Source: Felis catus | Taxonomy: Eukaryota | Assembly: GCF_018350175.1 (NCBI RefSeq) | Contig: NC_058368.1 | Location: 156,862,001-156,926,000 of the forward strand | Length of the DNA: 64,000 nt | Reading direction: 5' to 3' | Shown: one piece after another, positions 27,481 to 39,330 of the stretch | Numbering within the stretch: position 1 is the first letter of the stretch | Layout of the letters: each line of letters starts with the position of its first letter | Translations under genes and position numbers: made by a program | The notes under the pieces: generated by a model | The model's database searches: none | What the model was told of the DNA's origin: nothing | What the model saw: only the letters and a program-made list of their open reading frames with translations

Positions 27481-29130
27481 GTGGCTCCTCTCATGTATAT
27501 CACTGTTGGATCAGATCAGGTTCAAGCAAGTCAGCACAAACTACTTGGATCATGGCCTTACTTAGTGGAGCTATTCTTTCTATTTATTTATTTTCAGAGT
27601 TATTTACTATTAAGAGAATTGAGAAAGGGCAACTCAGATGCTAATTAGCTTGTCTACAATATTAACCTGAGACTTGCTCTTAAGTAGGATTTCTGCCCTG
27701 GAATTGAAAGTCATAGCTCAGGAGTTGTCTTATTTACTCTTCCAGGAATATCAGGTATTATAAAGAAAAATGGAAAGCAAGTCTTCAAGTCCACTGCAAT
27801 GGAACAGTCTTTGAGAAATAAGAATTAAAATTGCCCCAGACTTCACTTATTTCTCTCATTCTTCAATCATTCCACTCACTGGTGATGATTTTTCAAGGAC
27901 AATTGAAGGATTCTTTGAAAAATGCTTAAGGCAAATGACAGCGATAATCCTCTGTTAATTTGCTGCCCAGATCTCTCCTGAACCCAGGAAACCTCACTTT
28001 CAAGGCAAATTAGCCCCAGCTGCATTCAGTCAACATCTACCATCTGCAACACCCCAAATTTAAAGTCTTAGAGTCTCATGGCGTTTATTTTTAAATAAAG
28101 AGGAGTATATACACTGAGAATTCCTTAATACTAATATTAGAATTCCTAATATTAGTCTGTGCATATTTTTAATACCTGAAGAATTAAAAAGCAAAACAAA
28201 AAAGCACGAGCAAAAGCTTTTATACAACCTGAAGGGACAACATTTTTGGAACAATTCAATATTTTCTTGATGTCTTTGAAATTAAGTATTTCAAATAATT
28301 TTCAGATTAATATATTTCACATTAATTTAATTAAATCAACATATTTACCAATTTGATAAGCCAAGAATTAACCTTCTTTGTTTTAAACGGCAACAAATAA
28401 CCAATAAATTAACTCTTTGATCTTTGGCATTTATTGTAAATATTTTTTTCATAGTAGTCTAAGAAGGCCTATGGTAAATAGAGATTCCTCTTCCAATGAG
28501 AACATATATACACTAAATGTTATCTAAAAATAGTCATAACTTTGTCAATGCCCTTGTGTCAATATCCTTCCTATTCATAGATGTCTCTGTAAGTGTGTGC
28601 TGGCATAATTGGAGACACTACTATGTTGCCAGAAATTCTTGCTATGCTATGTCCATAGGAAGCCTGGGCTTTGGTCCAAAGAGCTAGTGCTGGGAAAATA
28701 GTCACTTGCCTTTCCAGAGAATTACTAAGAAACTACTTCATCTTGCAGATTGTCCTTTTTCCATAGCTACCCGTAGCAAAAATATTTTCTTGGCTTTAAT
28801 CCTCTGACACTGTGTTCTACTGGCATTTTTCCAGCTCAAAAGAGCGTGAAGCTCTCAAACCTGACAGGTAACTGCTGGGATGCCCCAACAGAAATTTCTA
28901 CATGAGTTTCTCTTAAGGTGTTTAGAGGAAATTCCACCAGATGTCAAAGCTCCTCCATCATCACACCACGCAGAAGCAGACATTTATAAGAGACATAGGT
29001 CACACACACTGAGGAGTGAGATGGCAGAATTATAAATTCTTGTTATAAACACACTGTTACAGCAAAGTGAGAAATTGCAGAGTTGCATTAAGCTGATGGA
29101 TAACCTGGCAGCAAACAAACACATACTTAC

Positions 29131-29264
29131 TGTCTTTCCAATCTAAACTGTACAACTGTTCCCTGCCATCTTGCATGCCAAGCTTTTCAAAGACTTCATC
29201 TCCAAATTACTATCATTAATAAAGTACAAGAGGGCATCCAGTATCATCTCTCCTGAAGCTATCT
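29131..29264 (-). other. Candidate internal exon (134 nt), non-coding/5'UTR or start-containing
   Basis: Minus strand: TGCTAAC branch point (29313-29307), ctctctttttgtcttttccttccAG acceptor, ACA|GTAAGT donor. All three frames contain a stop; one reopens as MQDGREQLYSLDWKD up to the donor. Confidence 0.5.
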
Positions 29265-31004
29265 CTGGAAGGAAAAGACAAAAAGAGAGCAATTCAACTC
29301 TTTTCAGTTAGCATTCTGTTGACTACTCCAAGGGGTACATGACTCTAGCAGAGGTATATGGTTATATACAGCCCTAATGGAATCCACAATCGAAGGCACG
29401 CATAGTAAAGTTTACAAAAAGCAACAAGACAGATTCACTTTCAATAAGTTCACAGATTTATGCTCAGTGATGCCACTGTAAACTTTAAAAAATATGTATT
29501 ACTCATCCATTCTAGCACATTCATATTTCCTAGTATTGTTTCCAATTATTCTTGCATATACTGTAAATAGCTCTTCTTAACTGGAATTTACCATTGATAT
29601 TACTTTTTAAATTTGTTCATGAGTTTACTTTCCTCAGAATTTAAAGATTTTTCTTCCCTTGGAGGATGTCAAAATTTGTCATATCTAAATTTACAAGGAT
29701 AACAGAATAGGTATACCCCCTTCTCAAAGCAGTTTATAGAATTATGCTGACGTTCAGCCAGAACAACAAATGAATTTGGAGGCTCCACATTTTAACTACA
29801 GACAACTTTTTATATTTGTTCCAGAAAAGATGAGAGGGGCCTATTAACACAGCTGGTTTTGGCCAAAGCTGCTTTCCTGTGGCAAACGGAACATGAGGCC
29901 ATAATCTTTGTTATTAAACTCTTGTGACATTGGATAATCTACACTGAAATTAATTGCTATGGGGATAATGGAGAGTTAACTGAAGAGTTCATAGGCATTG
30001 ACTCTGAAGATGTTCTCAGACTTGGTAATAACACCGAAGGCAAGATTTTATATGGGAACCTAGAATAGCACTTACTCGTATACTAGATCATGTTAATAAA
30101 ATAAATATCTTTTGAATTAACGACCTGCAATGAAATGATTTCACCAGGCAATATTTAGATACTTGATGTGGCCAGATTACTTAGTCTAGGCCCCAGAACA
30201 CATTTTGGGATCAAAACCAATTTATGACCAAATAGTAGCACAAATGGAAAGAATAACCAGGACCCTGGACCTCCTGATATTAAATGTTCCTCCTGGCTTT
30301 CTCACTCATCTGATCCTGTAGGATTTGCAGGAAAGGCATAAGAAACTTGAAATATAATTTAAATTTTCTAGAAGTTGGAGAAGTTCTGCCTGTGGGCAAG
30401 ATCAAGGTGCATTCCAAGGCTGAGCCTTAGACAAAGGGAGCAGATTGATGTCAGAAGAGATAAGGAATTGCTAGTCACCACAGTAAGTTAGGTTGGATTG
30501 GGGTAACAAGTGGAAAGATCTAGGACCGAAAAAAAAGAGAGGGGATAGGACTGTACACATGATATAAGAGGTTGAAAGATCTGTGCCCCATGGTAAGCCC
30601 ATGGGGGCAAGGATTTATGTGCTTTGTTCATCACTGCATACCCAGTTGGGGGGCACATAATAAAGTGAATGCATAAATGAATTGTTGAGTTGATTAGGTT
30701 GTTAGATCCATGTTCTTTATTTGTTTTTTTTAATCCTGTATTTCCCAAAGCATGGTCTGGTATATCATTTTAGGAGGTAACAGCGCATTCTCTGACTTAG
30801 AGAATGACAAACTTTTCACCTTTCTATTTTCCAATAACAAGGAGAAAAATCTCAGTTTGGTGCTAGCAGATCTTTCACATCTCTCCGTTCTTGTCTTAAC
30901 AGAAGAAAAATGTTCGTAGGCATTAAGTCTTCATGTAACATCATCATGCTTAGAACTATATACTTGTTTTGGTTTTCATCCTACTTATTTTTATAGTTAC
31001 CATC

Positions 31005-31037
31005 TTTTTTTTTTAATTTTAATGTTTTTTATTTATT

Positions 31038-31087
<50 letters not shown>

Positions 31088-31257
31088 CGCGCACAAGCAA
31101 GGGAGAGGCAGAGAGAGACAGAGACACAGAATCTGAAGCAGGCTCCAGGCTCTGAGCTGTCAGCACAGAGCCCGGTGCAGGACTTGAACTCATGCAATGG
31201 GAGATCATGACCTGAGCTGAAGCTGGATGCTCAACCACTGAGTCACACAGGCACCCC
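31005..31257 (-). mobile_element. CAN-SINE
   Basis: Reversed SINEC with a long (GA)n tract. Confidence 0.95.
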
Positions 31258-32830
31258 AGTTACCATCTATTTTTGAAGAGGATTTTTCTGATTTGTGGTA
31301 GTAATATGAAATTACCTTTTAAAATAATTTAAGTCGCTAAAGTAAATGGACTTAAAGTAAAATCAGTAGGTAATAATGAAGGTTATATACGTATAAGTAT
31401 ATGTATATGGCAAAAGGTTATATGTATATGGCAAAAATGAGATAATACTCAAATGAATTATATTTAGGAGTCTCTATTCTAATTGCCTGAGGCCTCATGC
31501 AGGCCTTAGGTCTCACTGCTGTTGTAATAACAAAAACTTAATGTCAGCTTTGAATGGCCCTCACAGAGCCCTCTCTCTCCCAGTGCAATGAACAAGCCAT
31601 AGGCCCAGAATCCAATGCCTCCTTCAGCACACACAGCAACTTGAGACAAAAGTCCATCAAACAAATCCACATGTATTCTTTGGTCTCCTGGTAAGCAACT
31701 TAAATCAAAATACAGAAACTCCACGTTCTCAAATTTGCCATAAATTTTATATTCTTATTGAGAAAGAGGCCTATGGTTTCCCCTTCATTTTTATTCATTT
31801 GTTACTCTACCATTAAGCTCATTTATAAATAAAACCTAAGTGAATTAATTGATGAGCTTAAGATGTAAGAGAAAATATAAAATTAGAAGTCAAATACCAG
31901 CTAGAATTCTGCTGAACACCATAAACTCTTTCGGATGATCCTAACTTTAATTCCATAACAAGTACCTGATAGATCTCAAACTCAATTCAGCAACAGCCTG
32001 CATCATCTATATTGGGAGCCCAAAGTTCCTGAACTAACTTGCAGAGGTGGTATGAGTTGTTAACAGATGACATTTCATTTCTGACATTCAAAACTAAGGA
32101 TAAAAAAAGGGCTAAACCAGAACTGAAATTCTTTATGTACCTGCTAAGGCCTAGGCCACTGGGTAGTCAGTAAAAGCACTGCTGAACTACAAAAGAGAAT
32201 GTTTCCTGTGTTAACCCAGCACAACTGGATTGCTACAGTGCAACACAACTTTCAAGTAAAATAAAATATATACATTCAGTAATGGGACTGGATTCTCATT
32301 TTATGCATTTTTCACAAAGGATTCCTTGGTCTGCAGGCCTCTGAAAGGATGCCTAAACATTGACAATGCCATAATTTAAAAGGGAGAGAGACAAGATGGT
32401 GAAATTTTATATTACCCTTAATAATTCATTTTACCTGATTCTTTTGTTTCTCCTTTTTCCTCTAACTTTCTTGGCTTCTTGCCATTTCATAATAATTAAG
32501 ACTTGGATTTGGGGACCAAGCAGGAACTGGGAAGAAAGTAAAACTCATTCATCAATCTAATACAATCATTCCCACCTCTCGTGTCATTACACTACCACCG
32601 GAAGCACTCTAACAACTTATTAATGACTCAAAGCAACAAGAATACCTAATAACAGACAAACTCTACAATGCCTGAAATATTTCCTTCTATCTGAAATATG
32701 TCATACTAGTGTTGCAATGCTAACTATAAAATTCTTTACCTCACATGGGTGACATTGTTTAATACAATAGCTTTATAAATATACTTTGAGTTTCCTGGAA
32801 AAGTGACATGTAAATAAAGCATTATTGCCA

Positions 32831-32955
32831 TAACATCTCCCTTAATGATCTAAAAGAGGCAGTAAATAGCAAGCTGATGGATTCACAGATGGTACTAAAT
32901 TGAGAAGTGTTGCAAACATCAGTAAAGGCAGGGAAAATTATGCAAAAGAGACCTA
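32831..32955 (+). mobile_element. Ancient CR1/L3 LINE reverse-transcriptase fragment
   Basis: With one frameshift it translates to NISLNDLKEAVNSKLM/FTDGTKLRSVANISKGRE, matching the CR1 RT motif NIFINDL...KFADDTKL..V. Confidence 0.75.
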
Positions 32956-34079
32956 ACATGCCTTAAATAAAAGCAAAACATTTTAAGTTTACGGGGGAAA
33001 GAAAGTGACATTTTTTTAAAGGGAGCCCAAAATGTACTGTCCAGCATAGATGCTCCAACCACCACATAAAAACATACCAGCCAGAATCATTTTCAGCTCT
33101 TCAAAATCAGCTAACACGGCAATATCCGTTGAAGGGGGACTGGCAGTCACACAAATATAAAACTTACAATACAAAGGGAGGGAGGGACTATGATTTCATT
33201 AGAAAGTGTCAATGAGAAGTTTGGGTTTGTTTTGTATGTTTATCACTTTGAAAGAATACAAAATTCCATTTAGGAAGCTTAATTCAAGTAAATCTGCTTG
33301 ATCCAAAGCATTTTTATAAGACTAAATTTGTCTTCCATTTAGGCAAAGCCATCTGTCTGGGCAGATTTTGCATATGGACCAAAACAGAAACAATGCTCCT
33401 TGAGAGCTGTGCTTAGGGTTGCAGGTGGCTTTGAGTTTGTACTCTACTTCCCATGGTGACTAATGGTGTACATCTGAGACATGCAGTCAGAAATACCATC
33501 TGTAATAGTGGTGACAGACTCAAACAGACACCAAAGATGTTGACACCATGACCACTTTCACACATCTATGCTTTAACCTGTGTCTTTTGGAAAATTTAGA
33601 CCCATTTTAATATCGAAACATTTTAATATCATATATATTCCCTCTTGGCTCCCAATACACCTGTTGGTCACTTCATTTGTTCAGGTGACAGACAATAGTT
33701 GCTGAATATAAAGTCTTGATGAACTCAGTGAAGGTTCTTTTCTCAGGAGACAGATCCATTCTCCTGTTCTATCCAACTGAGTTTGCTGACCATTGGGGTC
33801 TGACACATGAAGTCTTACTGCAAAATTGTAAACCAGGCATTCAGTGCTGTTGTTGATCTGAGAATGTGCCACAGAACTTTACTATCCTGAGGAATTTATT
33901 TGCACAGAAAGCCATCTTACAAGTGATCAAAAAGAAAAATAATTTGACGTATCTGCCCAAGTTAACTTCAGTAAGCTTAGACCCCAAAAAGAGATCTCAA
34001 TCCAGTAACCGAAAACAAGCTGATTAAACATAATAGCTTATTTCTATTGAAAAAAGAAAAAGACTGGAAGTCATCATCG

Positions 34080-34350
34080 ACCAAGGTCTGGTATGGCATT
34101 CCATGATGTTGGGCACCCAGGTTCCGCCTCTTTGCTGCTTTGCCATCTTCAGCACGTAGTAGTACCTCCCAGTCCAAGATGGCTGTTTGTGTTCTAATGG
34201 GATGAAGTCACATGACCACAGCTGGCTGCAAGCTGACTGGAAAATAAGGTCTTTATTCTAAGCACCCAAGTACTAGGTAAAAATTAGGGGTTCTTATATG
34301 TCTATTACTGAGTAAGAAAGAGAGAACAGATTCTGGAGAATAACAAGTTT
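34080..34350 (-). mobile_element. Old MaLR (MLT1) fragment
   Basis: ccaagatggctg; gtcacatgaccacagctggctgcaagctgactggaaaat. Confidence 0.55.
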
Positions 34351-36339
34351 TAATTAACAATCATATTTTAATATTCAAAGCTTGCTAACGTTAAGATTTA
34401 TTTAACATCAGTCCTTGGTTAACAAAATAAGCACTGATTCTTGACTCTATTCAACAGTTTCTTTGAGCTTAGTGACTGAATAAAATTTGTTATTTGTTCT
34501 CAACTTTTAAAGAATTCTGCTGCATGGATTTACAGTTGCTGTACCACAGCAATGTCTTTATTTATACTACCACAAAATGAAAGGGGAAATGGCCAGTGTT
34601 TATGAAATGATAAAAGGTAAACTTTAAGCTTTCCCTTTTTCTGCTAAGGCCTTTTCTTTGGTTTTAAGGTAGAATTTTAGGACTAGTTAAAAGAATCACT
34701 TTAGTTAGGACCATTTTTAATGTTTTAGTCACATTGAACAGTTTTTTTCGTATATTTTCTTACCTTTTGTAAGTGTATAATTAATATACATTCATTGTGC
34801 TTTCTTATATAGCACATCACATCATATGAACAACTATTCATTTAAGCCCTCTTTCAGGGGAAGTGAACCAGGTATTTTTTGCTTAACAAGTGGCTCATTG
34901 TTGGTTATACCTGTTAATCAGGGACATTAATAATTGTATCACTTATTATTTGTTATTGATTCCACAAGTCTTCTTTGCATATTTCTAGAAACCAAATAAA
35001 TGACTGCATTGATGGAAATTCTAAATTCAGAAAAAATTAACTGGCAACTTACGTGAAAGGAATATCAAATGTTGCAACAACAGGAGGAGTTTTCTTCAGA
35101 TGTAACAGCAGATAAGTACACTTCCTCTTTCAAGTTAGTTTGAACCTAAGTCTAAAATTCATTTCTAAAGTCTCTAAGCATTCCCCAAACTTTCTCTAAA
35201 AACTGTTTATCTGCTTGCTTTTAAAGATCATACCAAACATATATGATCCGTTTGAGAAGAGACATTTTTCTGTTTTTCAACGTCTTTTTTAAAATAAACA
35301 ATGAGGCTATTTGAAAACATTTCTAAGAAACGCATCTAAATAGCAGGAAACCATGTGTAAACGTTGGGAAATACAGTACAAATAAAGGAAATTCTGATTT
35401 TTACCAACATGAGAAATGCAATGGTTCTGGTGAAATAAGTGTCAGCTACTCGTAAGAGCATGTTCTGAAATTTTATTCTCCAGTCACAGTAGGCCCCAGT
35501 ATAACCAAGTAACTGCAGGACTGAAGAGAAGTGAGCTATTCCTCCCTGGAATAAGGTTTCTATGGTGTAGGGCAGCTCTTCAAGCCCCTCAGGGATGGGA
35601 ATTAGTCTTGTAGACATATTTCTGATAAAACCAAAAGAACTTTCAAGATTCACTCTTGTCTTATCAACATCTATGGGGAAACTTAGATTCAGCTATTAGA
35701 AAATATGTAGCACTCAAGCATCCAAAGAATCAGTCCACAGTCCAACTTCTCTGCATTTAAACAATTGTCTAAACAACCAGGGAAGTCAGTGACCCCAAAC
35801 CAGCACAATTTCAGGTGCACACAGATTGTCTAAAGGAAGGTGCAAACTTTCCTCTGAGAAAGTAGAATGGATAAATGCACTTTTTTCTTAATTCTTTACC
35901 CAGTTGCTGTTTCCCATGTTTAAAGAGTGTGTCTCCTTTAAACCAAAAAAAAAACAAAAAACAAAAAAAACAAATAAAAATAAAAATAAAATAAAATAAA
36001 AACAGTATCTGTGTGCTTATACCCCAATTAACAAAAACATGGACAACTTCCAAACAATGCTCTATAACTTGTTGTGGTTTTCACTTCTCACAAGAGTAAA
36101 ATTTATGAAAAACTATCAATTACAGTAATTCTCTTTCTCTATGTGTGTGTGTCTGTCTCTCTGTATCTTTATCTCTCAGCTCTTTCTCTTTTATACATAC
36201 ACAGCCACATGTGCACACACAGACACACACATCCCCCTACTCCCTCATGGCTCAGTAACACTAAAAAGCTATAATGGTTCAAAGACAGAAAATTCTGTGT
36301 CTCCAGATGCCAACTTAAATCAGGATATAAAGCTTTCTC

Positions 36340-36560
36340 CTGCTACCCATAGTATAGGAACTAGCAAAGAGTGCAGACTATGACTCCAAACTTAATGTTA
36401 GCTCTGCAAGGTCAGGTATAAAGCTTTCACCTCTCTAAACTTCGATTTTCTTTGCCTTAAAATTAGGATAACACGTAACTCATATGCAAGTGATAAGGAC
36501 TAAGTGAAATATCATTTTCAGGAGCTTAGCACATAGTATCTAGTACATTAGTTTATATAA
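36340..36560 (+). mobile_element. MIR
   Basis: ttcacctctctaaacttcgattttctttgccttaaaattaggata ... cttagcacatagtatctagtacat. Confidence 0.65.
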
Positions 36561-37349
36561 GTTTCTTTCCACTTTTCACTTGTGAAGCAAGATTCATGGC
36601 ACCACTGTAAACTCTGGGGTGAACAGTCCTGTGTTTGTTCCGAGAAACTAAGCAGTCCAATTAAACAGAGTATTTATGTTAAACTACTAAATGCTATCAT
36701 CTGCTCTTTTCTTTTTTTAGAATCCATCTGAAAAGCAAACCACACAGGCATTTCAGAAGTGACCAGCACTTACAAAGCAAAATGAAAGTTGTCAACTCAC
36801 TCATTACAAATAACAGAAACCTAATACTTTGTATGGCCTCGAACAACAGTATCTAGTACCGTCAACAGTCCAAATAAAAATCCTTCCTGCGCATGCCCCA
36901 TAGCAGAGATAAAAGTGCCAGGAAACCGATGTCTCCCCAGGAGCAGCACTTAACCAATGCCCAAAGGATGTAGGACTATGATCTGCTCTGATCTGGACCT
37001 CCAGGGGGTGGTCTGTTTTGTCTATACTGCCCTCTGTAAGACGGAGCCAGCTACTCCTCTGACACTTTGCTTGATATCACAGCCTTGCTGGTCCTGCTTC
37101 CTTGCTGGTCCTATCTTCCCAACATCCTACCAGCTTCTGTGAGCAAACTTACTAGTAAATAATGTTCATAGGAACAAATCCTGTCAAGATCGGCTCCTAG
37201 GGAACACAGCCTAAGATAGGCATACATTCTCGGACACATCTGGGTCAAAACAGGGGTCTGCGCCTATTCCCGAAAGGATGTGGGGATAATTATCTAGAGA
37301 CAGATATGCACAATCCATACATAGATAACAGAGGTCACGGTCCTCACTC

Positions 37350-37600
37350 AACATGTGATAAGAATTATAACTGACCCATACCTGGTTTTACTCCATGCTA
37401 GGCATGGCTATTAGTGCTTTACCCACATTAACCCATTTGATCCCCACAACAATTTCATGAGAGGTAGATCTTGTTATTATACCTATTTTGTTGGCCAAAG
37501 AAGTTAAGTGACTTCCCAAAATTCACACTGCTAATAAGTGATAAGACCTAGGATTCAGATCTCCGGAGGCACACTTTTAACCTCCCTGCCATACAGTCTC
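37350..37600 (-). mobile_element. MIR
   Basis: acccatttgatccccacaacaa ... gaagttaagtgacttcccaaaattcacac ... ggattcaga. Confidence 0.7.
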
Positions 37601-37650
37601 TATAGATAAGTCACACTAACTGTAATTGACCACAGGATGAAAAATAGTGG

Positions 37651-37864
37651 GTTTTTCTTAACGTTTATTTACTTTTGAGACAGAGAGAGACAGAGGATGA
37701 ACGGAGGAGGGTCAGAGAGAGAGAGGGAGACACAGAATCTGAAACAGGCTCCAGGCTCTGAGCTGTCAGCACAGAGCCCGACGCGGGGCTCAAACTCACC
37801 GACCACGAGACCATGACCTGAGCCGAAGTCGGCCGCTTAACCGACTGAGCCACCCAGGCGCCCC
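37651..37864 (-). mobile_element. Felid CAN-SINE
   Basis: Reversed CpG-rich SINEC body; flanks share gaaaaatagtg. Confidence 0.96.
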
Positions 37865-39051
37865 GAAAAATAGTGTTTAATAGTTTGTCACAGAATCTGT
37901 AGTATTTCAAAAGCAAAAAACTAATTAACAGGAATATTTAAACTACAATTTTATTTTAATATGACAGCTTTATATATTTACATTATAAAATTAATTACAT
38001 GCCACAGGTATGATTTCCTTTTTCTTTAATTGCATGGCCCTAATTTTTCAACTCAACTTTTAATTTTTGTTTATCAAGTACATATCTTCTCCCTAATTTC
38101 CTACTAGATTAAAGGACTGAAGGTACCTAATCTTGATTTTTTTTAATTTATTGTTTAAAGCATTAATACAAATTTAATTTCCCAATAAAATATTGTAACT
38201 TCATATATACTCTGGGCAAGACTTCTGATATTCTAGGTTAGAAGAGTTCATTTCAATAACTATCATAATGATATGACTTGTCTCAAAGGTACCTTTGAGG
38301 AGGTTTTGTATTCTGTTATTCAGTGACATCTTAGCAGAAAAAATAGATTTTTTTTTCTGAAAATGTATTGGTTATAAAATGCCATGAGGTAATAAATCCA
38401 GATACATCATAAATATCTTATGTCATCATTACAAATGTTTGGGCTGATATAATTTCACATCGCCTCAGAAGAAACTGACAATTTAATGATACAGAAATGC
38501 ATGCCTTTGGTCTAAATAGCATATGAAGGGTGCATACGTCAGGTAAGTCATCTGTGTCCAGAATCCCATGGCTGAAATAATTCTGAAGAAGTAGATGGCA
38601 TAAACTCAATTGCTCCTGTTCCTATATTCATTTTCTAGCACTTACAAAGTAAACATAATGATAAAAATGACAACAAAAATAAGAAAAATACCAAAGACGA
38701 ACCAAGGAAGGCATAATTATGAGAAATTACTTTATTACAATGGTTCCAAATTTAAAGAAGGTAGCATCGCCCCCTAGGGTACAGTTGGAGGTAACAGGAC
38801 AGTTGGGATGAAGTAGTTAGATATGAATATACATATATTTACTATAAATTGCTTTTCTCTTATTTCTCCTTTTTAATAGGTCATATCAGTCTTTTGAAAC
38901 TATACATTTTAACATATTAAATGAGTCATTACAAATTACTTGTTATAAAAAAAGTGCATTTTCTGATACAATTGAGAACCACTGCTTTATAATTATCACA
39001 AATACAGAAGACTCCATCAAATGGCCAATTTGTAAAAATGGAAGCAAATGA

Positions 39052-39330
39052 ATATATATATATATATATATAGTCGTATATATATAGTATATATATATAT
39101 ATAGTATATATATAGTATATATATAGTCGTATATATATAGTATATATATATATAGTATATATATAGTATATATATATATAGTATATATATAGTATATATA
39201 TATATAGTATATATAGTATATATATATAGTATATATGTATATAGTATATATATAGTATATATGTATATAGTATATATATAGTGTATATATATATATATAG
39301 TATATATATATAGTATATATATATATATAG
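39052..39330. repeat. Interrupted (TA)n / (TATATAG)n simple-repeat array, ~280 bp
   Basis: Seen directly; it generates the spurious IYIY ORF at 39017-39334. Confidence 0.97.

Noticed and set aside
28835..28867. 33-nt + strand microexon candidate (tttttccAG ... CAG|GTAACT)
   Set aside because: It is opposite to the inferred host strand, the peptide is unrecognised, and such motif pairs are common by chance.
35336..35653. 105-aa minus-strand ORF in unique DNA
   Set aside because: Non-ATG start, no recognisable homology and no convincing donor site; the length is compatible with chance.
35940..36003. A-rich tract as a possible retrocopy tail
   Set aside because: No identifiable upstream body or TSD.
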